Origin: a virus
Direction: 5' to 3' (one strand)
Virus genome (UHGV): UHGV-0057547
Length of the DNA: 64,000 nt
A program made the translations under genes and the position numbers. Below are positions 41,013 to 50,883 of this stretch, one piece after another (position 1 is the first letter of the stretch; every line of letters begins with the position of its first letter). The notes under the pieces were generated by a model. That model searched no databases. It was not told the origin of the DNA and saw only the letters and a program-made list of their open reading frames with translations.

Positions 41013-42155
41013 ATGAACGAATTTGAAAAATTCATGATAATAAATGAAAATAAAAGTTTAAAGAAAGAAATTGAAAATTTAGAAAAAATAATAAAAGGTT
41101 ATGAAAACAATAAATGTGATGAAAGTAATGAAGAAGTTGAAGGAATAGAATGTGCATATGACTATGATACTTCTAAAGAATTTGAAAATCAACTTAAAGA
41201 AATAAGAAGAAAACAAAAAGTGTTAATTAAAAATAAAGAAGCTATAATACATGACATGGAATGGACAGTTCAAGGAAGTGAAGCTAAAGGTAATAAGCTT
41301 ATGAAAGATATATCTAACTTAGCACTTATGAGTTTCAATGATTATTGCGATACATTAATAATTAAATTAAAATATAGTGGAATTGACAAAGTAAAAGACA
41401 ATATTACAAATAAATATAATAAAATAAATAAATTACTTAAATCTTTCTGTACAAGAATATCTGTTGATTTACTTAAATTAAAATATATAGAAGCTGATTT
41501 ACGATGTGGCTGGTTAAGAAAAAAAGAAGAAGAAAAAGAAGAAATTAGAAGAAAAGAAGCTGAAATAAGAGAACAATTAAAATTAGAAGAAGAAATAAAC
41601 AAAGCTAAAGAAAAAATACAATATGAACAAGCACAGTATAATTCTGAGATAGTAAGATTACAAGAACAATTAATTAATGAACAAGGTAATAATAAAGTTA
41701 TAAAGAAACAATTAGCTAAATTAGAAGACAAAATAGCTAAATTAGAAGAAAAGAAAAAAGATGTATTAAATAGACAAATAAATAAAAAGGCTGGTTGGGT
41801 ATATGTAATAAGTAATGATTCATTTGAAGGTAAAGAAGTATACAAAGTGGGAACAACAAGAAGATTAGAACCTTTAACTAGAGTTGCAGAATTATCTAGT
41901 GCTTCTGTTCCATTTAAATTTAAAGTACATTCAATAATATTTAGCGAAGATTGTTATGATTTAGAGTCTACTTTACATAAGGCTTTAGATGACAAACGTT
42001 GGAATTTAGCAAACAAACATAAAGAGTTTTTTGTTTGTAGTCTTGATGAAATAAAAGAAGAAGTATTAAAATATAATCCTACTGCAACATTCATAGATAA
42101 TCCAACTGATGATGAATATGAAATAACTCAACAATTAAGTAAGAAGGTGATTTAA
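41013..42155 (+). CDS. DUF4041-type coiled-coil protein with C-terminal T5orf172 (GIY-YIG-like) domain
   Basis: C-terminus GWVYVISN..YKVGTTRRLEPLTRVAELSSASVPFKFKVHSIIFSED..LHKAL; long K/E-rich coiled-coil middle. Confidence 0.55.
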   Translation: MNEFEKFMIINENKSLKKEIENLEKIIKGYENNKCDESNEEVEGIECAYDYDTSKEFENQLKEIRRKQKVLIKNKEAIIHDMEWTVQGSEAKGNKLMKDISNLALMSFNDYCDTLIIKLKYSGIDKVKDNITNKYNKINKLLKSFCTRISVDLLKLKYIEADLRCGWLRKKEEEKEEIRRKEAEIREQLKLEEEINKAKEKIQYEQAQYNSEIVRLQEQLINEQGNNKVIKKQLAKLEDKIAKLEEKKKDVLNRQINKKAGWVYVISNDSFEGKEVYKVGTTRRLEPLTRVAELSSASVPFKFKVHSIIFSEDCYDLESTLHKALDDKRWNLANKHKEFFVCSLDEIKEEVLKYNPTATFIDNPTDDEYEITQQLSKKVI

Positions 42156-42159
42156 TTAT

Positions 42160-42621
42160 ATGGGGTTTTTTAAGGAAAGAAAAGATAGAAAAAATGAAGA
42201 AAAAAGAATGAAAGAATATATTAGAGAATATATAAAAGTATGTGATACAATATGCTATGAAGATATTTATATGAAAGAAATTATTATACAATATGATGAA
42301 TTAATACCTGATATGTTTATTAGTATACATGTTGATAATAAAGATATAGATGAAGTTTTATATGATATATACAATAGAAGATTACATGAAGTTTTATTAA
42401 AGTTTCCAAATGGACTTGAAGAAAAATGTAAAGTTAATGGAAAAATAGAGAAACGTATTGTTGATGAATTAAATGATGTAATATGGGAAGAACCTTTAGT
42501 AAAACTAAAACATTATAAAATAGATGTATCATTATTTGATTTAATAGCTCAAGATGTTAAAGTCTATATATTAGATTATGATTTGAAAGGAATTGATATT
42601 GATGAAAACACAAGAAGATAA
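42160..42621 (+). CDS. hypothetical protein
   Basis: ORF track, 153 aa. Confidence 0.45.
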   Translation: MGFFKERKDRKNEEKRMKEYIREYIKVCDTICYEDIYMKEIIIQYDELIPDMFISIHVDNKDIDEVLYDIYNRRLHEVLLKFPNGLEEKCKVNGKIEKRIVDELNDVIWEEPLVKLKHYKIDVSLFDLIAQDVKVYILDYDLKGIDIDENTRR

Positions 42622-43111
42622 GAGTATATGTTCAACTTGTAAACATTTGAAAGGTATATTTACTTACACCGAAGATGGTATTAAACCTAGTTATATATGT
42701 ATGGCTAATGATAACTGTTGGATAACAATAACAGAATTGTGTACTAATAAAGATTTTGCTGAATGTGAAGATTATGAAAGTTTTGATAGGTTATTAACAG
42801 AAGATGTGTCAATATGTCCAATTAAATATGATAATAATGGTGAAATTAACCCAACTGATTGTACTAACTGTGCATATTTTTTAACTACACCGATTCAATT
42901 TCCTTGTGGGCATTGTATGATAAAGACTGACTTGAATGTTGGCTGTTTTAGATTTTGTGAACACTTTACAACAGAAAGACCAAAAATGCAATTACGAATT
43001 GAAGCAAATGATATGGACTTACAAAAACTTTATATACAAAGAAATCAATTATTATTAAAGAAAGCAACTAAAAATAAAAGAAAGGATAACGAAAATGATG
43101 GAAGTAACTAA
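42602..43111 (+). CDS. hypothetical Cys-rich protein (18 Cys)
   Basis: ORF track; start probably ATG 42602. Confidence 0.45.
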   Translation: MKTQEDKSICSTCKHLKGIFTYTEDGIKPSYICMANDNCWITITELCTNKDFAECEDYESFDRLLTEDVSICPIKYDNNGEINPTDCTNCAYFLTTPIQFPCGHCMIKTDLNVGCFRFCEHFTTERPKMQLRIEANDMDLQKLYIQRNQLLLKKATKNKRKDNENDGSN

Positions 43112-43574
43112 TGTAGATAAATATTATTCATTGTTAGGCATAAGACCCTCAATGATAAATGATTCAATATTTGGAAATGTATATGTATTAATTAATTTAG
43201 ATAAGTCAAATTATCCTAAAGTATTCATAGGATATTCAACTAAGAAAGAAAAGTTTTATTTATTTAACTGTATATATCTTGAAGATGCTATTTATCCTTT
43301 TGGGAAATTAGTAGAATATATAGTAGTTGATTTAACATCAGCAGATTTATTTAAGATTGTAAATAAAGGAACAAAAATAAAAGACATATATGATAATAAA
43401 ACAATATTTTCATATGTAATAGATGATACAGATGGTGACTTAGAACAAGTACAAAAAAGTTATTTATCCAAAGAAGAAGATATATCAAATGTAAATTTTT
43501 ATGATACTTTAGAAATGGAACTTAAATTAACAAATGAACAATTTAATGAAATTATTTTATTATCTGCTCTTTAG
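43095..43574 (+). CDS. hypothetical protein
   Basis: ORF track, 159 aa. Confidence 0.45.
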   Translation: MMEVTNVDKYYSLLGIRPSMINDSIFGNVYVLINLDKSNYPKVFIGYSTKKEKFYLFNCIYLEDAIYPFGKLVEYIVVDLTSADLFKIVNKGTKIKDIYDNKTIFSYVIDDTDGDLEQVQKSYLSKEEDISNVNFYDTLEMELKLTNEQFNEIILLSAL

Positions 43575-43594
43575 AAAAAATAAAAAAGAAGAGA

Positions 43595-43783
43595 TTAATT
43601 CTCTTCTTTATCTTCTAAACATTCTCCAAAAACCAATAATGGATAAATAAAAATCATGATAATGCCACTAAGTAAATCTAATAAACTTAAACATATATTA
43701 TATATAATTTTTATAATATCTTTTATTAAATTTATAATAATTTCAAAATGAAAATTTTTAATATATCTTTTTATAAATTTCAT
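43595..43783 (-). CDS. possible small membrane protein
   Basis: ORF track; hydrophobic C-terminal half. Confidence 0.3.
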   Translation of the reverse strand: MKFIKRYIKNFHFEIIINLIKDIIKIIYNICLSLLDLLSGIIMIFIYPLLVFGECLEDKEEN

Positions 43784-43865
43784 TCTATCAACTCCTTTGG
43801 GTTTTATATAAATTATACTAAAAATTTTATTAGAAGTAAATAATAAATAAAGAAAGGTGAAAAAT

Positions 43866-44081
43866 ATGAAAAAATTTTTAGAAAAAATAGGAAAGAAATT
43901 ATGTAAGGATTATTTACAAACTGTCAATGCAGAATCAGAAAACTTAAAACTTATGTTAGAAAAAAGTAGTAAAGATTTTGAAATGTTACATAAAGAAATC
44001 GAAGAATTAAGAAGTGAATTAAACATAGAAGAACCTAAAGAAATAATTGAAGAATTAGATGAAGAAGAAAAAGAAGAATAA
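43866..44081 (+). CDS. small coiled-coil acidic protein
   Basis: ATG after AGGTGAAAAAT. Confidence 0.4.
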   Translation: MKKFLEKIGKKLCKDYLQTVNAESENLKLMLEKSSKDFEMLHKEIEELRSELNIEEPKEIIEELDEEEKEE

Positions 44082-44200
44082 AAAAATAGCCTACTTAATA
44101 GTAGGCTATTTTAATTTTTCTTTTAAACTTATACTAAGATTCACTATATTTATTATATCTATTTTTTTAATATTTTAAGATATTATTCATTAATAATTTA

Positions 44201-46543
44201 TTATCCATAGACAATTACTACACCTAACCATTCTGTGGTATAAGTGAAAATAAACTCATATGTTTTATTAGCTGAAATTGTTGGAATATTTCCATTTTGC
44301 CACTTACAAGTTGGTAATGTTAAAGTTAAATCTGCTGTTGTACTAAAGAATAAATGAATTTTTGTAAAAGAAGTAACTGCTGGTAATGTAATTTCAGTAC
44401 CATTTACGATAGTAGCAGTTTGATATTTGTCTGTTGTTAATGATAAAGTAGTACCTGATATATTAGTAGTTACTAGAGTATTATTAATTTTATCGTCTAA
44501 GTATTTCTTAGTAACTACATCCATATCATCAGTAGGATTTTTACCTACAGTTAATTTACCTGCATACCAAGCATTACCTTGCCAATCTAAAGTGTGTGCA
44601 TTTGACCTTTTAGCATCACCAGCACCATTACCTACTATATGAGCATATTTATTAGCAGTATCTTCTATATTATATTTACCTTGTACATGTTGATATTTAG
44701 AAGAAGCTTTAGTATTATTACCTTCTGCATGTGAAGATTCACCTGAAGCTGTTGTCGTAGAGCCTTCTGCATGTGAACCATAATTACCTGAAGCTGTTGT
44801 ATTATTACCTTCTGCATGTGAACCATAACTACCTGAAGCTGTTGTATTATTACCTTCTGCATGCGGACCATAATCACCTGAAGCCTTTGAAGACCATCCT
44901 TCTGCATGTGAAGAATAACCTGAAGCCTTTGAAGACCATCCTTCTGCATGTGAACAATCACCTGAAGCTTCTACATCTTCTCCCGTAGTAAAACTATTTT
45001 CTCCTACTGTAGTCCCTTCTTTTCTTCCTAAACTTACACTTCCTGTAAATACTGGATTATTTGTAGTAGCATATCCATTCAAACTTTGATGTTCTGTTAA
45101 ATATTGACTATGTGTATGTGAAGTTACATCACCAGTTAATTTAGCTTCTATTTCTGCTTTAGTTATATCACTATTTTTCTGTGCTGTACTTGGTGCATGA
45201 GCTGCTTGACTATGTGTATAAGCAGCATCATAATTAGATTTTAAAGCATTAGTTAAGTCATTAGTAGATAAACCTTTACCTGTTTCTTTTTTAACGAAAT
45301 TTGAGGTATCAACAGTTGTTCCTCCTGAACCTTTATTTGCATCGAAGTATTTCTTAGTAACTACATCCATATCATCAGTAGGTTCTTTACCTACAGTTAA
45401 TTTACCTGCATACCAAGCATTACCTTGCCAATCTAAGGTATGGGCATTGGAATTTTTACCATCCTCACCATTACCAACTATATGTGCATAAGTACCATTT
45501 AAGTCTTCTATATTATACTTACCTTGCACGTGTTGATTTTGAGAAGAAGCAATAGTACTAGCGCCTTCTGCGTGAGAATTTTCTCCCGAAGCTGTTGTAC
45601 AATTACCTTCGGCATGAGAACAATATGCTGAAGCAGTCGTACTATCACCTTCGGCATGCGAAGATTCACCTGAAGCTGTTGTATATTTACCTTCTGAGTG
45701 AGAATTTTCTCCTGAAGCAGTCGTACTATCGCCTTCTGCATGTGAATAATAATTTGAAGCAGTTGTAGAACTGCCTTCAGCATGAGAAGCAACACCACTA
45801 GCTATTGTATTACTACCTTCAGCATGTGAACCATAATCACCTGAGGCAGTTGTACCTTCACCTTCTGTATGTGAACCATTACCTGAAGCAGTTGTATCAC
45901 TACCTTCTGCATGTGAATAATCGCCTGAAGCTATTGTCATAGAGCCTTCAGCATGTGAATAATCGCCTGAAGCTGTTGTCATAGAGCCTTCAGCATGTGA
46001 ATTCATACCTGAGGCAGTTGTACCTTCACCTTCTGCATGTGAACAATCACCTGAAGCTTCTACATGCATACCTATAGCACTACTTCCTGCTCCTATATCT
46101 CCTACTCTTCCTAAACTTATACTATTTTGTAATACTAAATCAGTTTCTAAATATTTACTATCTAAATATTTAACTTCTTCTTCGTAAATAACTAAATCAG
46201 TAAAAGTATTAGTAGTAATATCATTTTTACCTAGTTCAATAAGTAACATTATATTTGTTAAATCCTCAAATGCTTGTATACTATAATTGCCAATACTACA
46301 TACAATACAATTACCAATTTCTTCACTTACTAATAAAGTACATAATTTTTTACTACCTAAGAATTCTATATAATATCTTCTATCTTTATTAATAGAAACA
46401 TTATTTACAGTAATATTATCATTTAATTTTATATCACTAGCAGGTACAGTAACTAATACTTTACTAGAAATAGTTTTTATTACATTATTATCATTGTTAT
46501 TTCCATTGGTTTTATCTTCTCTAATAAACCCCATTAAATTCAT
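44201..46543 (-). CDS. tail-fibre / adhesin-like protein with Hep_Hag-type heptad repeats and an internal module duplication
   Basis: Tens of SHAEG..TTASG 7-residue repeats; two copies of HTLDWQGNAWYAGKLTVGK-PTDDMDVVTKKY; ~130-bp near-identical DNA direct repeats at 44520-44650 and 45350-45480. Confidence 0.55.
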   Translation of the reverse strand: MNLMGFIREDKTNGNNNDNNVIKTISSKVLVTVPASDIKLNDNITVNNVSINKDRRYYIEFLGSKKLCTLLVSEEIGNCIVCSIGNYSIQAFEDLTNIMLLIELGKNDITTNTFTDLVIYEEEVKYLDSKYLETDLVLQNSISLGRVGDIGAGSSAIGMHVEASGDCSHAEGEGTTASGMNSHAEGSMTTASGDYSHAEGSMTIASGDYSHAEGSDTTASGNGSHTEGEGTTASGDYGSHAEGSNTIASGVASHAEGSSTTASNYYSHAEGDSTTASGENSHSEGKYTTASGESSHAEGDSTTASAYCSHAEGNCTTASGENSHAEGASTIASSQNQHVQGKYNIEDLNGTYAHIVGNGEDGKNSNAHTLDWQGNAWYAGKLTVGKEPTDDMDVVTKKYFDANKGSGGTTVDTSNFVKKETGKGLSTNDLTNALKSNYDAAYTHSQAAHAPSTAQKNSDITKAEIEAKLTGDVTSHTHSQYLTEHQSLNGYATTNNPVFTGSVSLGRKEGTTVGENSFTTGEDVEASGDCSHAEGWSSKASGYSSHAEGWSSKASGDYGPHAEGNNTTASGSYGSHAEGNNTTASGNYGSHAEGSTTTASGESSHAEGNNTKASSKYQHVQGKYNIEDTANKYAHIVGNGAGDAKRSNAHTLDWQGNAWYAGKLTVGKNPTDDMDVVTKKYLDDKINNTLVTTNISGTTLSLTTDKYQTATIVNGTEITLPAVTSFTKIHLFFSTTADLTLTLPTCKWQNGNIPTISANKTYEFIFTYTTEWLGVVIVYG
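44520..44650. repeat. intragenic direct repeat copy 1
   Basis: CTTAGTAACTACATCCATATCATCAGTAGG..TTTACCTACAGTTAATTTACCTGCATACCAAGCATTACCTTGCCAATCTAA matches 45350-45480. Confidence 0.6.
45350..45480. repeat. intragenic direct repeat copy 2
   Basis: See copy 1. Confidence 0.6.
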
Positions 46544-46645
46544 CTCCTTTAAAGATATTTTTACATATCTTAATTTTTTAATAATCTACATTACGATAAT
46601 AAGACCAGCCTATTATATTTAATTATGATTTATCATACATTTTAT

Positions 46646-46674
46646 TTGACTTTTAATAACTATATTAGTATAAT
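46646..46674 (+). promoter_or_regulatory. consensus promoter for the helicase gene
   Basis: TTGACTTTTAATAACTATATTAGTATAAT. Confidence 0.55.
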
Positions 46675-46705
46675 TTATGTAAAATATAATTTGGTGGGTG
46701 ATGAA

Positions 46706-49018
46706 ATGAGCAAACTTATAAAATTAGATAATCCTATTGAAATAGAATTTACTTTGGATAAAAAGGTATATAAAAGTCCTAATAGCAACTTTATGATATT
46801 AAGAATATTCAGTGACACAATGGAAATTAAACCTTATTTAAATCCTGTATACAACAATGTTAGTATGAAAGTAAATACAGTAGGAGATATAAAATATAAT
46901 GTAAAATATAAAGCTAAAATAATGGAATTAGAATACGATAAAAAATGGGGGTATTCAATCAAAGGACAAGAGATAATACCTTCTGACTTTTCAGCAGATT
47001 CCATTAATGATGATGATACAATGTTAAATTTTATAGAATTATTTATAGGTGAAAGTGTAGCAGATAAATTAAAAAATGTAATCGGTATATGTGATATAAT
47101 AAAAAATAAAAATACTGAAGAATTATTAAAGGTACATGGGATAGGAGAAAAGACAGTAAATAAAATATATAATTCTTATCAAGAGAATGTTGAAAATGCA
47201 CATTATCTTATGACATTAAAACAATTAGGATTTACAGATAATGCTATAAATAAATTAAACACAGTATATAATAAAAATTTATATGAAGCATGTCAACAAA
47301 TAAAGAGTAATATATTTGATTTAGTATTTAAAGGATTTAGATTAGATATTATAGATAATATATTCTTAAGCAAAATGGAAGGAAATAAAAGAGACGAAAG
47401 AAGATTAGAATGTTATACTTATAAAGCTATTAATGATGTATTATATGAAGATTTTGAAAGTTTTATAAGTATTAGTAGATTTATGAGATTACCAGTAATA
47501 GAAAATACAATAGATAATGTTGGAGATAAAATATTTAATAAATGTATAGATAAATTAATAAAAGATAGAAAGATTTATATCATAGAAGATAAGTATATAA
47601 CAACTTATGGTATTTATAATTGCGATGTTAATTTATATAGAAATTTAAGAAGATTAATAAATGGAGATAACAAAAGTAATGTAAACATAGATATAGATAA
47701 AGAAATAAATTATGAAGAAGAAAGATTAGGAGTAAAATTAAACAAAGGACAAAGAAATTGCGTTAAATCTGTATTAACTCATAATATATCTCTATTAACA
47801 GGTGGTGGAGGTGTTGGTAAGACTTTCACTTTAAACATAATATTAAATATAATGGATAGATTATATGAACCATTCTTACCTACTTTAGTAGCCTTAAGTG
47901 GTAAAGCTAGTGGAGTATTAGCTGAATCAACTCATAGAGAAGCAAGTACAATCCATAGAGCTTTAGGTTTCTCAGGTGGATTTTTTATGTATGATAAAAC
48001 TAACCCATTAAAAACTGATATACTAGTTATAGATGAAGTTTCTATGGTATCAAATGAATTAATGCTAGATTTATTAAGTGCTATTGAGACTGGAACTAAA
48101 ATATTATTTATAGGAGATGAAAAACAATTAACTAGTATTGGACATTCTAATACTATAAATGATTTAAATAAATTACCAATAAATAAATGTCAATTAACTG
48201 AACCTATGAGACAAGCGATGAAAAGTGGTATATTAAATGTATGTACAGACATAAGAAATGATAAGAATCCATTTGTAAATAAAAAATCTGCATTATATGG
48301 TGAATTAAAAGATATGTCAGTTACTATAGGTGATGATAAATATTGGGAAATGATTAATGATTATGTAGAAAACTTTGATGTTAATAATAAATTAGATTAT
48401 GTAGTTTTAGCTTGTACTAAAAAAGAAACAAGTAAAATAAATATAGATATTCAAAATGAATTAATTAAAAAAGGTAAACTTAATAAAAACAGTAATTATA
48501 TAGAAATTAGTACTGACCTTAAGGAAAATGATAAAAAAGTTAAAATGAAAATATACCCAGGAAGTGTATTACTTATAACAAAAAATAAATATAACGTATT
48601 ATCAGAAGAAGATTATTATAACAATAGAAAAGATGGAAATAAAAGTTTATTCAATGGTAATACAGTAATAGTAGAAGAAATATATTCTGATGCAATTAAA
48701 GTTAGTTTCAATAATGAAAACTTTATAATTCTTAGTGCATTTTATGATATATTAAGTGGTGGCTATAGCTATTCAATACATCGTTCTCAAGGAAGTACTA
48801 TAAAGTATTTATATATCTACTTAAGCAACACATATGTTGTAAAAGAAATGTTATTAGTAAATGAAGCATTATACACTGCTATATCAAGAGGAAAAATAAG
48901 ATGTAAGCTATATGTAGAAAAATACATTGTATTGACAAAAGCAATAAATAATAGAGAGATAAACAAAAGACAAACAATATTAGAATTATTAATAGATGGT
49001 AAAATATCTCTTAGATAA
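46706..49018 (+). CDS. RecD-like SF1 helicase (HhH N-terminus, AAA_30 and UvrD_C-like)
   Basis: GIGEKTVNKIY HhH, Walker A LLTGGGGVGKTF, Walker B VIDEVSMV, motif VI SIHRSQGST; start ATG 46706 after GGTGGGTG. Confidence 0.7.
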   Translation: MSKLIKLDNPIEIEFTLDKKVYKSPNSNFMILRIFSDTMEIKPYLNPVYNNVSMKVNTVGDIKYNVKYKAKIMELEYDKKWGYSIKGQEIIPSDFSADSINDDDTMLNFIELFIGESVADKLKNVIGICDIIKNKNTEELLKVHGIGEKTVNKIYNSYQENVENAHYLMTLKQLGFTDNAINKLNTVYNKNLYEACQQIKSNIFDLVFKGFRLDIIDNIFLSKMEGNKRDERRLECYTYKAINDVLYEDFESFISISRFMRLPVIENTIDNVGDKIFNKCIDKLIKDRKIYIIEDKYITTYGIYNCDVNLYRNLRRLINGDNKSNVNIDIDKEINYEEERLGVKLNKGQRNCVKSVLTHNISLLTGGGGVGKTFTLNIILNIMDRLYEPFLPTLVALSGKASGVLAESTHREASTIHRALGFSGGFFMYDKTNPLKTDILVIDEVSMVSNELMLDLLSAIETGTKILFIGDEKQLTSIGHSNTINDLNKLPINKCQLTEPMRQAMKSGILNVCTDIRNDKNPFVNKKSALYGELKDMSVTIGDDKYWEMINDYVENFDVNNKLDYVVLACTKKETSKINIDIQNELIKKGKLNKNSNYIEISTDLKENDKKVKMKIYPGSVLLITKNKYNVLSEEDYYNNRKDGNKSLFNGNTVIVEEIYSDAIKVSFNNENFIILSAFYDILSGGYSYSIHRSQGSTIKYLYIYLSNTYVVKEMLLVNEALYTAISRGKIRCKLYVEKYIVLTKAINNREINKRQTILELLIDGKISLR

Positions 49019-49332
49019 TTTATAAGTTGTATTTGCTTTAGGAATGTTTATAAAAGGAGAGTAAAAATACTCTTCTTTTTTTAAAAGAATTAAATAATTT
49101 CATGAGCTTAAGCAATGAAAAAAATGTAAAACTGTCAATATAAATTGTACATAATTTAAAGAAACTCGTACATCTTTTAAAAATGTAAAAAAATTAATTA
49201 CTAATGTCTTATAGTATATATGAAAAACAAATAAAGGTAGGTGAAAAATTTTGTACAGAATATAATTATTATTATATATTATATATTATATATATATTAT
49301 AATAAGATTCTAATTCTGTGCAAAAAATAAAT

Positions 49333-50730
49333 ATGAATATAGAAAATCTAGAGTTAAATAAAGAGTATACATGGAAACAAATTTGTGAATTAACCGATAT
49401 ACCATATAAAACGGGTAATACTAAAGTAAAACAAATGAAACAATTTGAAAGTCTATGTAGATTTACTAAAGAAAAAACTAAATTTACAATACATGAAATA
49501 TATAATAAACCTAAAGAAATAGAAGATGGTAGGAAAAATAATGGAAGTTTTGATAGAAAAAGTAAATATGAACCTTTAGACGACCAACTGTTTGCAATGT
49601 TTGATGATATACTTGAGAATAATTCCAATTTACCTATTATAGAAGATAAAACAAATGAGTTATATAAAGTGTATCTTTGGACAAGTGAAATAAAGAAAGT
49701 AACTGGAATGGTCAATAGTGAATTTAAAGGAAATAGAAACGATACGACAAAAACACATATTAAAGAAAGTGTAAAAAATATTACCCCTTATGAAAAATAT
49801 AAAAAAAATATTAAAGAGGATATAAAAAACGAGGAGGAGATACTTATAAAAGAATATGAAAAATATGTTGATGAGAGTGTTAATTTAATATTTAATGATA
49901 TATTCCCAACTTGTAAACAAAGAACAGATGAAATGTTACATGGAGCTTTAGGAAGGTTAGAAAAACAACATGTGATATTTGTAAATAGAGCCTATATGTT
50001 GCAATTTAAATATGAGACTGGAGAATATGATGAAGATGGGAATGAAATAATTTTATATTGTCAACAATATACAAATGGAGTAGAAGAAACAGCTGTAATA
50101 GATAATATAAAGTTATCAGTAATTGAAGATTGGAATAAAATACTTGATAGAAAAAAATTTATTAAAGGAATTGAATTAAAAATATATAAATATTTTAAAA
50201 ATAGAAAAGATGAAAATGGTAATATAAGAAAAATATCTAATATGAATGATATACCTAATGATTTATTGAATATATTTAATAAATGTTTTAAAGAAAAAAT
50301 GATAAAAAAATTTGGAGATTCTGCAATGTATTTTGATGGTGCTTTTGCTTGTAATGAAGTATTAATTAATAAAAAAATGATGAATTTTAAATATGATGAT
50401 AATAAAAGAAAACAAATAATAACTTGTAAAAAGGATTTAACTAATAAAAAGAAAATTAATCAATTAGTTACAACTAGTTTAGTTAATACTTTTAAAAAGA
50501 AAATAGAAAATTCTAAAAACAATACTTCATCTTTTAGTAATAAAAAATATGATAAGGTAAGAAATGATTTTGAGGAAATATATCTAACAACAGTTGAGGA
50601 TAAAGTAAGAATAGATTTCAAGAAAGATAATTCAGAAATACTTAGATTATCATCACCAAAAATAAAAAATGAAAGTGATACAATAATTAATTTGCTTAAA
50701 GATGATGATGATAGTAAGAATATTAAATAG
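49333..50730 (+). CDS. hypothetical protein (possible Rep-like protein flanked by direct repeats)
   Basis: ORF track; ATG MNIENLE; TGTGCAAAAA motif just upstream and two 23-bp copies downstream. Confidence 0.45.
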   Translation: MNIENLELNKEYTWKQICELTDIPYKTGNTKVKQMKQFESLCRFTKEKTKFTIHEIYNKPKEIEDGRKNNGSFDRKSKYEPLDDQLFAMFDDILENNSNLPIIEDKTNELYKVYLWTSEIKKVTGMVNSEFKGNRNDTTKTHIKESVKNITPYEKYKKNIKEDIKNEEEILIKEYEKYVDESVNLIFNDIFPTCKQRTDEMLHGALGRLEKQHVIFVNRAYMLQFKYETGEYDEDGNEIILYCQQYTNGVEETAVIDNIKLSVIEDWNKILDRKKFIKGIELKIYKYFKNRKDENGNIRKISNMNDIPNDLLNIFNKCFKEKMIKKFGDSAMYFDGAFACNEVLINKKMMNFKYDDNKRKQIITCKKDLTNKKKINQLVTTSLVNTFKKKIENSKNNTSSFSNKKYDKVRNDFEEIYLTTVEDKVRIDFKKDNSEILRLSSPKIKNESDTIINLLKDDDDSKNIK

Positions 50731-50739
50731 TAATTATAT

Positions 50740-50796
50740 TGTGCAAAAATGTGGAGTAAGCTTAAATAGAGCTTGTGCAAAAATGTGGAGTAAGCT
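50740..50796. repeat. two direct repeats TGTGCAAAAATGTGGAGTAAGCT (iteron-like)
   Basis: Copies at 50740-50762 and 50775-50796; a related TGTGCAAAAAAT sits at 49316. Confidence 0.55.
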
Positions 50797-50883
50797 CATA
50801 TGAAAACAGTATATTTTGTACATAAACTAAAATCTTTCTATAGGATAAGAAGTTTGTGTGAAAATAAAAAAAGGAACAGAAAA

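Noticed and set aside
41342-41845. Antisense ORFs inside coiled-coil or polyacidic coding regions (41342..41845, 55021..55242, 55803..56054, 58460..58795)
   Set aside because: Low-complexity Ser/Leu-rich products generated by the opposite strand of GAA / AAG-rich codon runs.
44427-45798. ORFs 44427..44642, 44665..44961, 44773..44988 and 45508..45798, antisense or out of frame within the tail-fibre gene
   Set aside because: They translate to MQK / LQV-type periodic low-complexity strings created by the heptad DNA repeats; no RBS or promoter.
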